In this document: positions 12,561 through 23,489 of the stretch, one piece after another
How positions within the stretch are numbered: the first letter of the stretch is position 1
Layout of the letters: each line of letters opens with the position of its first letter
Assembly (NCBI GenBank): GCA_964199315.1
Contig: OZ116700.1
Location: forward strand, 2,232,001-2,296,000
Source: Orbicella franksi
Taxonomy: Eukaryota
Direction of reading: 5' to 3'
Length of the DNA stretch: 64,000 nucleotides
Translations under genes and position numbers: made by a program
The notes under the pieces: model-generated
Seen by the model: the letters and a program-made list of their open reading frames with translations, nothing else
Databases searched by the model: none
Told to the model about the DNA's origin: nothing

Positions 12561-12914
12561 ATTTTCGGCACGAACTCCTGAACCTTGCCTAAAATGTTAA
12601 ACGCGTGATCGCGCACGTGAATAAACTTTGCGCCAAAGGACATGGGGAAAAAATCTGCGTCTTTACTTGAAAATGTATTCGTCCGAACGGGGGCCGCCGA
12701 ACCCACGGGTTTGGGGGGGCGGGGGGGAAGCATATGCTTATGCGATCTGTTATCAAAGCCTGACAAGCATCGGGAAAGCAACGGACAAAGAAAATTGGAA
12801 ATTATAAGTTGCAATGAGCAGGGCGACTCAGAAAAAGACACCAGCCATTGTTTCACCAATTTTTTTGTGTGTTTTAAGTGCAATCTGATTGGTTGGCTAA
12901 CCAACTGTCGCTAG

Positions 12915-13195
12915 GCCCTGGACTGGGTTCAAATTGGGTGTTAGCTGGGTATTAAGTTAGTTGATTGACTAGTTGACTAGCTGTTACCTAGCTTTGGAGT
13001 GGTTTCCAACTCTTAGTATGCTACCAAGAACACTATGATTGGCTAGCCGACAAGCGGTTGCAAGATTTGGAATGGTTTCTGACTGGGCTCCACGAGCGCT
13101 AATTAGCGAGCTCACCGGTTTTAGCTAAGCTTTGGAATAGCTTCCAATTGGGTACTCAACTTCACTAAGTTTTAGAATTGCTTTTAATTGGATGT
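12915..13195. repeat. Degenerate minisatellite
   Basis: Recurrent ~25-nt core AAGCTTTGGAATGGTTTCCAATTGGG at ~12988, ~13060, ~13125 and ~13167, with a weaker copy near 12918. Confidence 0.5.
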
Positions 13196-13639
13196 TATCA
13201 GGGTGATATGGCCAACCGTGCTCGATTGACTAGCGTTTCAATGAGTTCCAAAACGACAAAAAGTTAACAAGTCGTTTATTCATTTCCTTCATTCTTTTTC
13301 TCTGTCAATTTGCTGTTTTACAATGACAATATAACCGCTATTTTATTTAAATGCAAGTTCTACTAGTTAAGTGGAGGGAGCCCGGGCGAGTCTTGTTAGT
13401 GGTATTCTTACCACTGGAGATATCTGGCTGCTTACAAGACAAACATAAACATCACCGCCGCAACTTATCTAACTAATCACTACCAAAAATACGGTACACA
13501 ATCTTGTATAGTGTTATTACATAAATAAGTGTTCCAGAATGTCATTTACATATTTACACTAAAATTCTTTGGGTGAAAGGAATTTCACTTCATCTTGTAC
13601 TTTATACACGATCCGGTCAGAAGACACAGCCCTGAGTGG

Positions 13640-16600
13640 TTAGAAGTACAAGCTCATGTAAGCCTCTCTAAACCTTTGTTTCTTGAGGTCCCGTTCTGTT
13701 TTCAGCTGTTGAGGTGAAAGTTTTGTGAACACAATTAGAAATGCTTGTTTGTTGCTGGCTAGTTTCAGATTTCATTTTTCAATCGCTTGCAACTAATTAT
13801 AACACTTATTATTTCACTTATTTCACTTATTATTTCATTTTTAACTAATTACACTTCTGTGTTCTATTTTAAATAATAATTTATTTGCTGTTTTCTCTTT
13901 CAAGCTTCAGCATTTGTTGAAGGGTTAAGCAATTATACCGCGTTCACTTTTTGTCAAAAAGTCAAAAGCTCTACAGGATAAATATATTTTAGAATGCTGC
14001 ATAACTAAGAGGTGACCCAAGATTTACTCTACAAACTAAAAACTAGTTTTAGTGATTGAAAAATCTCAACAGAAATTTCAGAGGAAAAATGCACCAGATG
14101 ATTTTTTCAAACGTTTTTTTAAGGTGGGATTTAGTAAAATGGGGGCTGATAAGGTTTGTTCAGTGGCATATAACTGATTCAAAGCCAGTGTGGATCCCTA
14201 GGGAATCCCTAGGAAATCCCTGGGGGAATCCCTAGGAAATCCCTAGGGGATCCCTAGCACAATCATGCAAATTTTAAGACCCCATAAAAGACTTTTTTAG
14301 ACATTTTATTTGTTTTAATAGTACGATAAAATACATAACTTACAATACTACATACATAAAAGACTTTTGCAGTGATCATATTCTCTTTCAAGGTACCAGT
14401 TTTTTTCTTACCATTAATCTTGCATTTGTTCCCTCATGGTTATGAATGTTTGAGCAGTCTCTGACTTTGTAAAATGATTGGAGATAACTGTAGCAAAAAA
14501 TTTAAGAAATTACCTATTATGAGAAAAGAATAAGCCAGCATAATAGGCCTGCAATGCGTGCAGACATATAATAAATAATGACTGTACCAGGTCTTAGGGA
14601 ACAGACCTTTCTTCACGTACTGTTCATTCTTTTGTGTCAAATTAACAACTACATTCCATATTGCCATGCATCTGTTCAGTAACAGATCACAGATGATGTC
14701 AAAGTGTCATCTTCTGTGATCTATTTAACTGAACAGATGCACAGCAACAAGGAATCTATCTGTAAATTATAAAATAAAGAAATAAAAAAATGGTAATGAC
14801 ATCATATATGCATCTGTTCTTTAATAGATCATAAGTAAGAACTAATGAAAATGCAAGAATAGTTTGGCATTATTATATAATAATTTCGCACTGAGCATAC
14901 ATTGAACAGTCTTCATCAGGGTTGAAAGTAATTCACAAGTGCAGTACATGATGTACTACACTTAGTCATTAAAAAATCCAGTCACTTTCTCAGCTCATCA
15001 GATATCAGATCTAAGCCAATCATGGCACACTTGCACACAGTTTCAGCTATACATGTATTTTCTTTCAGTTTCAATGTCTCACCACATAATTTTTGGCCTT
15101 TGGGATTGGCCAGAGTAATATTACTTTGGTCTTGGTTTACTCCAGTGAAAACTGCTCTACATCGAGATGTTTGCCTCACAGTCAGGGTGAGCAAGGGTGC
15201 AACTCTTACCTCTTTGTGTATTTCTGTCCTGTTGATAAATGGTGATTGTAACATTTCCGACAAAAATGAACTTTTTTGTATTCAAAGTAATCTCCAACAG
15301 GAGGACTCTTGCAAGAATTACACTGCAATTCAGACAGTAAAAAATTACAGTCAATACAAAGTGGCACAATTTGACAACCACACGAACAGACCACAACAGT
15401 TTTAAGGTTATTCCACTGAGTAGTGCATATCTGTGCATCCGTGCTGCATATACTTTCTGCATCATTACCGTGAGTATGGATTATCTGTCAGGATTTTGCC
15501 ATACTTAAGCAATGTATTCTCTGTACCATAATTATAATAAACTACTTTCTAACCTCACTTGCTAAAGCAGTGCTGGGGAATATTGGTCCTCGCTGGTTTT
15601 TGTACGGATCTCACTACACTCGATCTCTAATGTCACAACCTCAGGCCAATATTCCCCTGTACGGCCCTCACACTCCATTAGTTACATGTAGATCAGGTTT
15701 ATTGAACAAGAAAATTAGGTTAATACTATTTTAAATTGAATGTATGTTTATTGTGAAATCACTCTAGAGAAGGGAAACAAATTTTCAAGTAAATCATGAT
15801 CAATTACAACAGGCACATGTACTATCCGGCGTCTAAAAACAGAACAAAACAAGATTTTAATGGTACGTCACAGTTTTCCTTGAGCAATTCCAGTTTCCTG
15901 CCCCCCACCTCCCCCCCCCCCCCCCCCAAAAAAAATGCAATAACCTGGGACCTGTTAACTCAACAATCAAGCTTATACTTACGATGTCAGGTTCTCCAAA
16001 GTCATTACACTTGATTGTAACTGATGTTATCAGTGTCTGCGGTCCACCAAATGAGCCATGAAACTTCACTTTTCTATCTCTTTTAGCATCAAACTCGTAA
16101 GCTCCCGGCCTGTGTAGAAACATGTAATAAATCATTATTCAACCTTAATAGCAATTTTTTCTTCATCTTTCTGATGCAACCAAAATTGTCTACTACTTAG
16201 CATAGGTAATTGTATAAGTGTGAGTGCAATTAATGAGGATTTACACTACGAGTGATATTTGAAAAATTGCTCTCACAATTGCACACGTCTGTAGGCGAGT
16301 CCAGTTTGAAAAAGTTTTCAATATATCACTCCTTAACTGGACAAGCTTTCATAAAACTACTCATTTATTAATATGACTGGGAAAATTATGAATGTACATG
16401 TGTTGGTAATTTATAAATTGGCCCTCTCTGCCAGCCACGGTGAAGTAATTTTTACAGTGACATAATAAACAAAATACAGTAATAACTAACAGTAAAGTGC
16501 GCCACACTACAAACTACATGTACATGAAATAAGACACAAAGTGTCCTTACCCAGGGTGACTTTGGTCCTGAAAAGGGAAAAAGTACAAAGACAAATCAAA

Positions 16601-19600
16601 ATTAATATTAGTTGAGTATGACACAATCCTTGTAACACTGCTTACAAATTATTTCATTCATCAGTATTTACTTACTAATTTCTACTGTCAGAGGAAAAGT
16701 TCAGCATATGAACCAAACTTAAGCAACTCAGAAGTAAAGCCTGGAATGAAAATTATGTTTTTCAGGCTTTATTTTCACAGCCGCTTAAGTTGTGTACGTA
16801 ACTGCAATGACCATTCATGTCTTTACATCTTTTTTTGCAGTTGAACAATTATATATCATCTTTCACATATTCAATTGCATACTCCTCAACAGAAGCATAT
16901 CACCTCGTTGAGGTGATATGCTTCTGTCCTCAATCTATGGGTTTATTATAAACTCACAACCTGACCAGCTCCCACTGGGGTAAATAACTCAATTGGCAGA
17001 GCACTGCACCATTATTGCAGAAGTCGTGGGTTAAAATCCAATTTTTTTAGGCTTTCATTTCACAACTACTTGAGTACATAAAGTTCTGTGATGATATTCA
17101 TTATATATTTTAAAGAAAGGATTTTGACCAATTTTTGCCCTTGAATGTACAGAAAAGTAGATCAAACTTTAATTTACGGTTCATACAGTCATGCAGCTGG
17201 CATCAATACTCTCTATGTGTTCCATGTTTACCCCCAATGCTAAATTATATCCTTTCAGATTTTAATTCACCACAAAACCAAACTTTCTTTGCATAGGTTA
17301 CCTTGTTAATCACTGGGAATCTTGTTGCTCCCACATTAAATGACTTGAATGCTTCATCAAAGTGAATGGGTTTGCTAATGATCTCTTGATGAGTCGGTGG
17401 TCCTGGAACATCCATCTAGGAAACAATTTAAAAACAGTTTTCAAATAGTCAGTCAAAAAGTTGTAATTTAAACCCCTGAGCATTCACAGAGATAAAATAA
17501 ACTTAGGATATAATGGTAAGGCATGTCTGTCAAAAATGATAAATTAAAAACCCTTGCTTAATAAACTCCTGGACTCTGGATCACACGGTCTGGGTTCAAG
17601 CCCTGGTCAACATCACTGTGTTGTGTTCTTGGGCAAGACATTACTCTCACAGTGTCTCTCTAGGGATTAGGTCAGGTGAGTTATCATTTTCCAACTAGTG
17701 AGACAATCTCAGATAGTGCAGAGTGCAATTTACGGCTCTGATACAGTAGTCACATGCTGTTCTCTCCCTTGGTAGTCAACTAGGCCTTTTCCCCTTGCAG
17801 AAAGTGAGTGGACAAAAACTTGATAAGAAGGAATCTTAGCATTGTGTAAGTTTCATGTTTATATTTTCTTTCATGGTCCAAAAATAACTGACAATTACCG
17901 TTTGTCAAGACGGCTTTGAATTTTATTGTGATGTTTTGAGTTTCAATCATTTTAAGTTCAATAATATGCAGAAGTGGCAAATATGACAATTTTACTTTTC
18001 ACTCCAACATATGTAACTTAATACTTTTGTTTTCCTCGCCGAGCTATGCAACGTGATACCCTTGTTTCCTCAACAATATAAGAAAGATATGTATTTTTTT
18101 ACTTACTGCTGGAAATAAATGGAATAAAGCTAAATATCTCATGAAAAATCGAAGACAAATGACTTTGTTTTACTCCAAATGCAAATTTTCAGTTCACAGA
18201 AAAACAAGAACTAATCTAATTATCAAATAGTCACGTCCAGTCTAGGAATAGTTCGTTCTTATTCATATCAAACTAAAATACAATGCTATTGATTAATACA
18301 ACTGAGGAGCGTTTCAACGAGAATAGCACCCCTAGGATTGCAAGAGATTTGCAAAAACATATATGGGTTTGTGATGTTAGCATAGAACTAACGTAAGTAT
18401 GATAGGTTTTACGTGGTAACCAGAGGTACCCCACCCCCTTACCACTACGCTAATTAATTAATTTAAATTAATTAATTAAACAAACATTAAAGTTTACACC
18501 ATATTGTGTTAGTGACTTAGTGCCTGACCGAAAAGCAGCCCCCTAAACCATCCCAATAGGGCACTCTGCACTAAAAACATCAGCAGGCAAGTGAAACGTT
18601 TAGTATAAGCTATTTATCAGCTTACAGCTTATAATAGTTGATAAAGATGAATTCACTGCCATGGCGAGTATGTGAAACTGATGTTTTGAGCATTTAAGCC
18701 CTTCACTTTGATTTGAAAACAGGCTCACACTCAAAGTGTCAGCTTCGCATAGTTTCTACTGTGGTTACGCATCGTCACTGTAAACCCCCACCCCCACCCT
18801 GGGGCAACATGGGGCATGGGTGGGGCTTTGTGGGGGCTTTGACTCTCTGCCTTGCCCAAGGGGGTGGGGATTGATTCATTTTCGTCCTTTGCCTTCCTTG
18901 AGGGGTGGGGGATTAGTACATTTTTGCAGAATCAAATGATGATTCAGGAGATGATGTCCTTTGTCCCTGTGGACGGCCAAATAATCATGAAAACATGATA
19001 GGATGAGACAGCGTAAATTGCAGCATGAAGTGGTACCATTTTTCATGCATGTGCAGGGATTGATAAAAATGCACCAGAGGGAGAATGGCTGTGCGTTTCC
19101 TGCAGGAAAATTTAGGTACACTTCTGAAGTCTGTCCCCAGTATGTGGGTCGTTACCCTCATTTGGTAGGGGCTAGACCAGAAAATATGTCCCCTGTATAT
19201 GTGGCATTATCCTTGTTTGGTTTTTCTCTGGGGCTAATGCCCCATGTTTCCTCAGCGTGGCAGTGGGGGGGACAGGGGGGGGGGATTTACAGTGACAGGT
19301 GCACGTACCCTGATCAACTTAAATAATTAAAGTTGATATTAAGATATGTGGCTTAGTGTTTAAGCATAGTGTGGTCACAGGGAATCATCCCATGACAAGA
19401 ACGCAGAAGCAGCAGTCGGTCTCAGCTACAGAGGCAAGACACTGGTAAATTTTCCTCAAAGTAAAACAGTTCCACCTGGCAGGACATAGTGTGTTCTGAC
19501 TTTTTAATGGCACAAAGGAAATCCACAAACTTACATGAGCTGGTTTAGGGAATCTTGGAGCAGTTCGAGCCCCTACTGAGTACCCTCTTCTGCATACGGG

Positions 19601-20279
19601 TCGACGTTCAAGTTCATAAATAAACCCACTGACCTGTTGAGACAATAAAATAAAAATCTGTGATAAATCTCAACTTCATCAAGTCGACTCGCTGAACAAC
19701 CGAAAAGGACATTTCATCTCTACTAGAACGCGCTCAATACTCCCAACAGGAAAACATTCACAAAATATTACATGCATTGATCTAGAAATCGGAAACAATC
19801 ATTCAGTGCGCTGTTCGAAGAAAGAAAGAGATGTACCTTGACTTTTCAGCATATAAGGTTTTATCCTTGGAAAATCTTGGAATAACTTTTACCAAGCCAA
19901 ACGTTGCTCATGAAGTACACAGATAGGTATCACGCGTTCTATCGATCGAAAGTTGCAGCTGACGAATAATTCCACTCATTTTTCATATCTGGTCAATGTT
20001 TGCAATGCAAGGTAGAAACAGCTTTGCAATAATCAATAATGTTCGTTACCTCAGCATTGTCATAACACCCCGGGCCGCGATTTGGAGCGCCTCGTAAGCC
20101 AAGTTCATTGCCGAAGCGGTTTGCCGGAACTTTGAGCGGCAAGAGTTCGCGGTCGAGAGTTGTTCCAAACGCCACTGCTCTTCGATCTACGAGAGAAGTA
20201 CAAAACTCTCTTAATCACATATAAAATGGTGAAGTCGCAAAAATAAATTGCTAGGGAACATACTGTCGTTTGCCGTCAT
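13640..20279 (-). CDS. PIFO: Pitchfork (primary cilia formation protein / ciliary microtubule-associated protein 3), 254 aa
   Basis: Nine GT-AG exons join in frame: 20279-20264, 20186-20050, 19633-19535, 17415-17302, 16567-16551, 16109-15983, 15322-15210, 14487-14412, 13705-13640 (765 nt). Motifs AFGTT...LRGAPNRGPGCY, RGYSVGARTAPRF, PGPGAY and the C-terminal EAYMSLYF match recalled PIFO (LRGSPHRGPGCY, KGYTLGARTAVRF, PSPGAY, VAYLSLYY). Confidence 0.9.
14193..14257. repeat. 11-bp tandem repeat (~6 x AATCCCTAGG[G/A]) in a PIFO intron
   Basis: gatccctagg gaatccctagg aaatccctggg ggaatccctagg aaatccctagg ggatccctag is visible directly. Confidence 0.85.
14668..14740. mobile_element. Palindromic MITE remnant
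   Basis: gcatctgttcagtaacagatcacaga...tctgtgatctatttaactgaacagatgc forms an imperfect ~30-bp stem. Confidence 0.6.
15548..15682. mobile_element. Palindromic MITE remnant
   Basis: Inverted segments ggggaatattggtcctcg and cctcaggccaatattcccc. Confidence 0.5.
16745..17090 (+). repeat. tRNA-derived repeat (about 1.3 units, degenerate)
   Basis: Degenerate A-box/B-box-like taactcaattggcagagc...gggttaaaatcc (~16985-17040). The segment tttt(c/t)aggcttt(t/c)atttcaca recurs at ~16760 and ~17045. Confidence 0.5.
16890..16926. mobile_element. 37-bp perfect hairpin insertion with 7-bp TSD
   Basis: CAGAAGCATATCACCTC-gtt-GAGGTGATATGCTTCTG, a perfect 17-bp stem, flanked by TCCTCAA at 16883-16889 and 16927-16933. 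Confidence 0.85.
17565..17662 (+). mobile_element. tRNA-derived SINE (MIR-like) 5' fragment
   Basis: ggactctggatc...gggttcaagccctgg...tgtgttgtgttcttgggcaagaca...ctctcacagtgtctctct; same family as 56340-56612 (-). Confidence 0.65.
18769..19303. mobile_element. Non-autonomous DNA transposon with G/C-rich arms
   Basis: Left gcatcgtcactgtaaaccccc versus right ggggatttacagtgacaggtgca (inverted). Confidence 0.65.
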
Positions 20280-20343
20280 GATTCTAAAGTTTCCTTTTGG
20301 CTAAGAAGTCAAATATCTACTGCTGTTTTGCGAGTGCGAACAG

Positions 20344-20357
20344 ATCGCTATGACAAC
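20344..20357. promoter_or_regulatory. RFX X-box upstream of PIFO
   Basis: ATCGCTATGACAAC matches 13/14 of GTHNYYATRRNAAC and lies ~65 bp upstream of the PIFO ATG. Confidence 0.6.
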
Positions 20358-21071
20358 ATGTGGTTACACCCGCTGACTAAGAATGTCACCGGCGCATAAA
20401 ACGGCATGGAGAACTGGGAACGAGTCTGTTAAAAATGAAGTCGCTCACGAAAATTTACAACTGATTTACACTAATAACAGAATGGCTCTTTAGGACTATT
20501 TAGTAATCCGGAAAGTATTTCAAACAATGCGCGGGGGTTTCCCTTCCAAGCCCTGAACGGTAAGGTAAAATGAAAGCGAACTTTACAAATAATATTATAG
20601 ATGCCCCATCATGATTTTGTAACGTCTATTTATACCGCCAGTGTCAAAGTCTCAGGTACTTGTCAAGATCGCGTTTGTTTATATGTGTGAGATTTTGGGG
20701 AACTGTAGAGGGAGGTAATAAGTGTAATAAGTCAAATAAAAGGAAAATAATAATAATAAACCAAGTCATGTAGCAAACGTTTCAAGCATTGCCCTTCCAT
20801 CTCGCTTTGCCAAGTCGAGGGAGTAAGGTTTTAAAAGTCCCAAACGTTTCGTTGGCTTTGTTAGAACCAGAAGGATATCGCTGATATAGCGGTAATGTTG
20901 GATAGATAAATATTGATAGATAAGTACTAGTGCTAAATATATGATTTTCAAGAGGTCAAACGCAAACGAGGAAGGGCGCACAAGCGGTTTGGTTGAAAAA
21001 ACCCGGCTAAGCTTTAATTTGCAACCAGCCCCGTACTAAAATTAGACATGACGACTTCCATTAACCCGGCA

Positions 21072-21096
21072 CAAGAGATTATGATATAGTCTCTTG
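21072..21096. mobile_element. 25-bp hairpin insertion with 7-bp TSD
   Basis: CAAGAGATTAT-gat-ATAGTCTCTTG (10/11 paired), flanked by CCCGGCA at 21065-21071 and 21097-21103. Confidence 0.75.
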
Positions 21097-21689
21097 CCCG
21101 GCACTAAGCTTTCAGTTTCGTTTTGGGAACCTTTATTTATAACGGTACTTCTTCCTATGTAATCATTTTTACATTTTATTTCCGTAGAAAAATTTCTACT
21201 TATCTTCGAAAATGATCTCTCCTTCCTCTGAAGTATTTGACAAGGTTAGACGATTAAATTAACGATTTATTTTGAATAAAATCATTTTATTATCACAAAG
21301 AACTTGCATATAGTTCACAACAATTCTGAAGATTTTCGTGAGAGACTTAGCATATTATTCGTTTAGTTTTAGTTTTCTTGCGGAAGGTCCAAAAAAGTTA
21401 ATTTCAGTTTCAAAGAGTACGTAGCTGAAAAAGGAGAGCGCTAATATCTCACTCTACCCCCATTCCCTGCTAAATTAACCTGCAGTTTTTGTTCTGCATC
21501 TACATCTACATTATGGGGTCTTGCAAAGGGAGGCATGCTCCCATCACTGCAAGACATTAAATAAAAAAAATAATAAATAAAAAGCAGGGTGGGGGGGGGG
21601 GGGTAAAAAACCTTAAAAATATATAATAAAATAAATATATAATAAAAATGTCGTAGACATAGACATAGCCATTTTTCTTGGACCATTCC

Positions 21690-21946
21690 GGCTGTCCGGC
21701 AAGGGGGTAAGGTGCAATGAGGTGAACCCTATGTGAAGCACCAACCCTTGTGACAAAGCCAGACCACAACACTGAGAACTCCGTGCCCTATTCTTTGCGA
21801 TACTGAATGTGCGGGTTCTTAAACGTCCCCTGCTAACCATGTAACACCGAAGATGCAGGATACGGAGGCTATGGTTTATAGTTCTTATACAAGAAGACTT
21901 GAACGTCTAACCATTTGCAGATGTAATTACAAAAGTAGGTAGCAAA

Positions 21947-21978
<32 letters not shown>
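21690..21978 (-). mobile_element. SINE-like repeat (conserved-core type)
   Basis: Contains ctaaccatgtaacaccgaagatgcagga...ctaaccatttgcagatgtaattacaaa...ctcctcagttatttaagaccctgagtgtt, recognised from memory as a common cnidarian SINE body in reverse orientation. Confidence 0.5.
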
Positions 21979-22532
21979 AGGTGCTATATTTGTCGCTTGA
22001 TCACGTTATCAAACTAAAAATGTTATTTTCGTCTGTTACTACTTTGACGTCTTGATTTTAGCTTCATCACACTATATCACACTAAAACAAAAAGAATTTC
22101 CGTTATGCATTAAGTGACATACAACATAAACAGGCATTCCGACTTTTTTACAAAACTTTTCAATATCGAGCGAAATCAGTTTTAAGAATACCTGTATGAA
22201 CATTCCTTTCTCAGTTCATAATATCAGTCAAAATTTGTCTTTTCATTTTTTGATTGTTTCTCTATACTTGCATGCCAATACTAGAAGTTGTCATTTCATT
22301 CAAAGGTACAGAAATCTCTTCTGACACCAACACTTTGCGGTTTCGACCAATATCGGATTTAAATTTTTACGAAATGACGTTAAATCCAAAAGAATGTAAT
22401 GCGTGAAAATTAACTTTACAAGAGCAAGCTTCGTTTGCGGGCCAAGTCAGTCCGAGATAGAGTTCATTCCTACAGTGCGTGGAATCAGACAGCCGTGATC
22501 TACGACTAAAGAACTGACTGAGAAAGTAATCA

Positions 22533-22577
22533 TCATCATCGGTCCTCATCGCGCCATCGGACGCATAAGGCCTTGCC
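22533..22577 (-). mobile_element. Extremely 5'-truncated RTE-type LINE 3' end
   Basis: The minus strand encodes KALCVRWRDEDR* followed by a (GAT)n tail. A 12-bp TSD AGAAAGTAATCA lies at 22521-22532 and 22578-22589. Confidence 0.8.
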
Positions 22578-23489
22578 AGAAAGTAATCAGGTACGAAATA
22601 TCATCCGGCTTTATGTTTCTCCATGTTCTCAGAGCTAAATTAGAAGGAAATGATAGAGATTAGAAAGAGGAATTTATATTTCAATCTTGAAACCGAAAGA
22701 CCTATTGCCACTAACTTTTTAAATTCTTAATGTCATATTACATGTATACTCGCCTAAAACTAAAGACATTACAACACTCTCTACATCACAGAAACAAGTG
22801 AAAAATTTCAAGTATGATCCATAAACGAAACTTAATGAAAACAAGGTACAGGCTGATAAACGTCAATGACGTTAATAAGATATATTGATACAGGCTAAAA
22901 CCAAAATAAGATTATAATATAGGTTTAAATCTCAAGAAGATTAAGTGAACGAGCATGTTTATTGCCTTTAATCCTCAGCCAAACATTCCTCGAAACTTGA
23001 TCATATTAGGACAAAAAATAATTCCTGACTTGAAAACAAATTCTTTCAAAACCTAGACCATTTGACTGAGTCTATCTGCTCCTACGACGCACAAGAAAAA
23101 TCGGCTTAAAACAGTCCGCGCTTTGAAAGTTATAAAAAAGATATTTTCTTGCAAAAGGAAATGTACGGTTGACACTTTATCGTAAAAACCAAAGTGGACG
23201 TCAGACAGATTTAACAGCCACCGTCAGACAGTTCTTAAAAGACACACATTTTAATTTACGATTTTACTCAGCTTCAGTAACCTCAAAAGCCCCCGCCCAC
23301 TAAGACAGCCAATGACACGAAAGGTGGCCTAAACGACGGACCCATGCAATGCCATTATGTTCACAATGCAAGGGAAATTCAAGAATTCGTGAAATTGTTT
23401 ATGTTCGTTTATTGTGTTCGGTGTACTTTGGGAGCGATTTCATATTTTAACTTAGAAATGTTATCTAGCAGTATTTACAGCAATCCATC

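Noticed and set aside
13706-13800. Longer in-frame 5' extension of the last PIFO exon
   Set aside because: The exon at 14487-14412 supplies the correct phase and sequence, and the acceptor at 13706-13707 has the better polypyrimidine tract.
16970-17045. tRNA-like A/B boxes
   Set aside because: Stems are too degenerate for a cloverleaf; part of a tRNA-derived repeat.
18451-18478. 28-bp perfect AT palindrome
   Set aside because: Low-complexity (TAAT)n with no TSD.
22367-22549. ORFs starting MRTDDDD (also 56478-56666)
   Set aside because: The shared start is the (GAT)n tail of RTE stubs, not a protein family.
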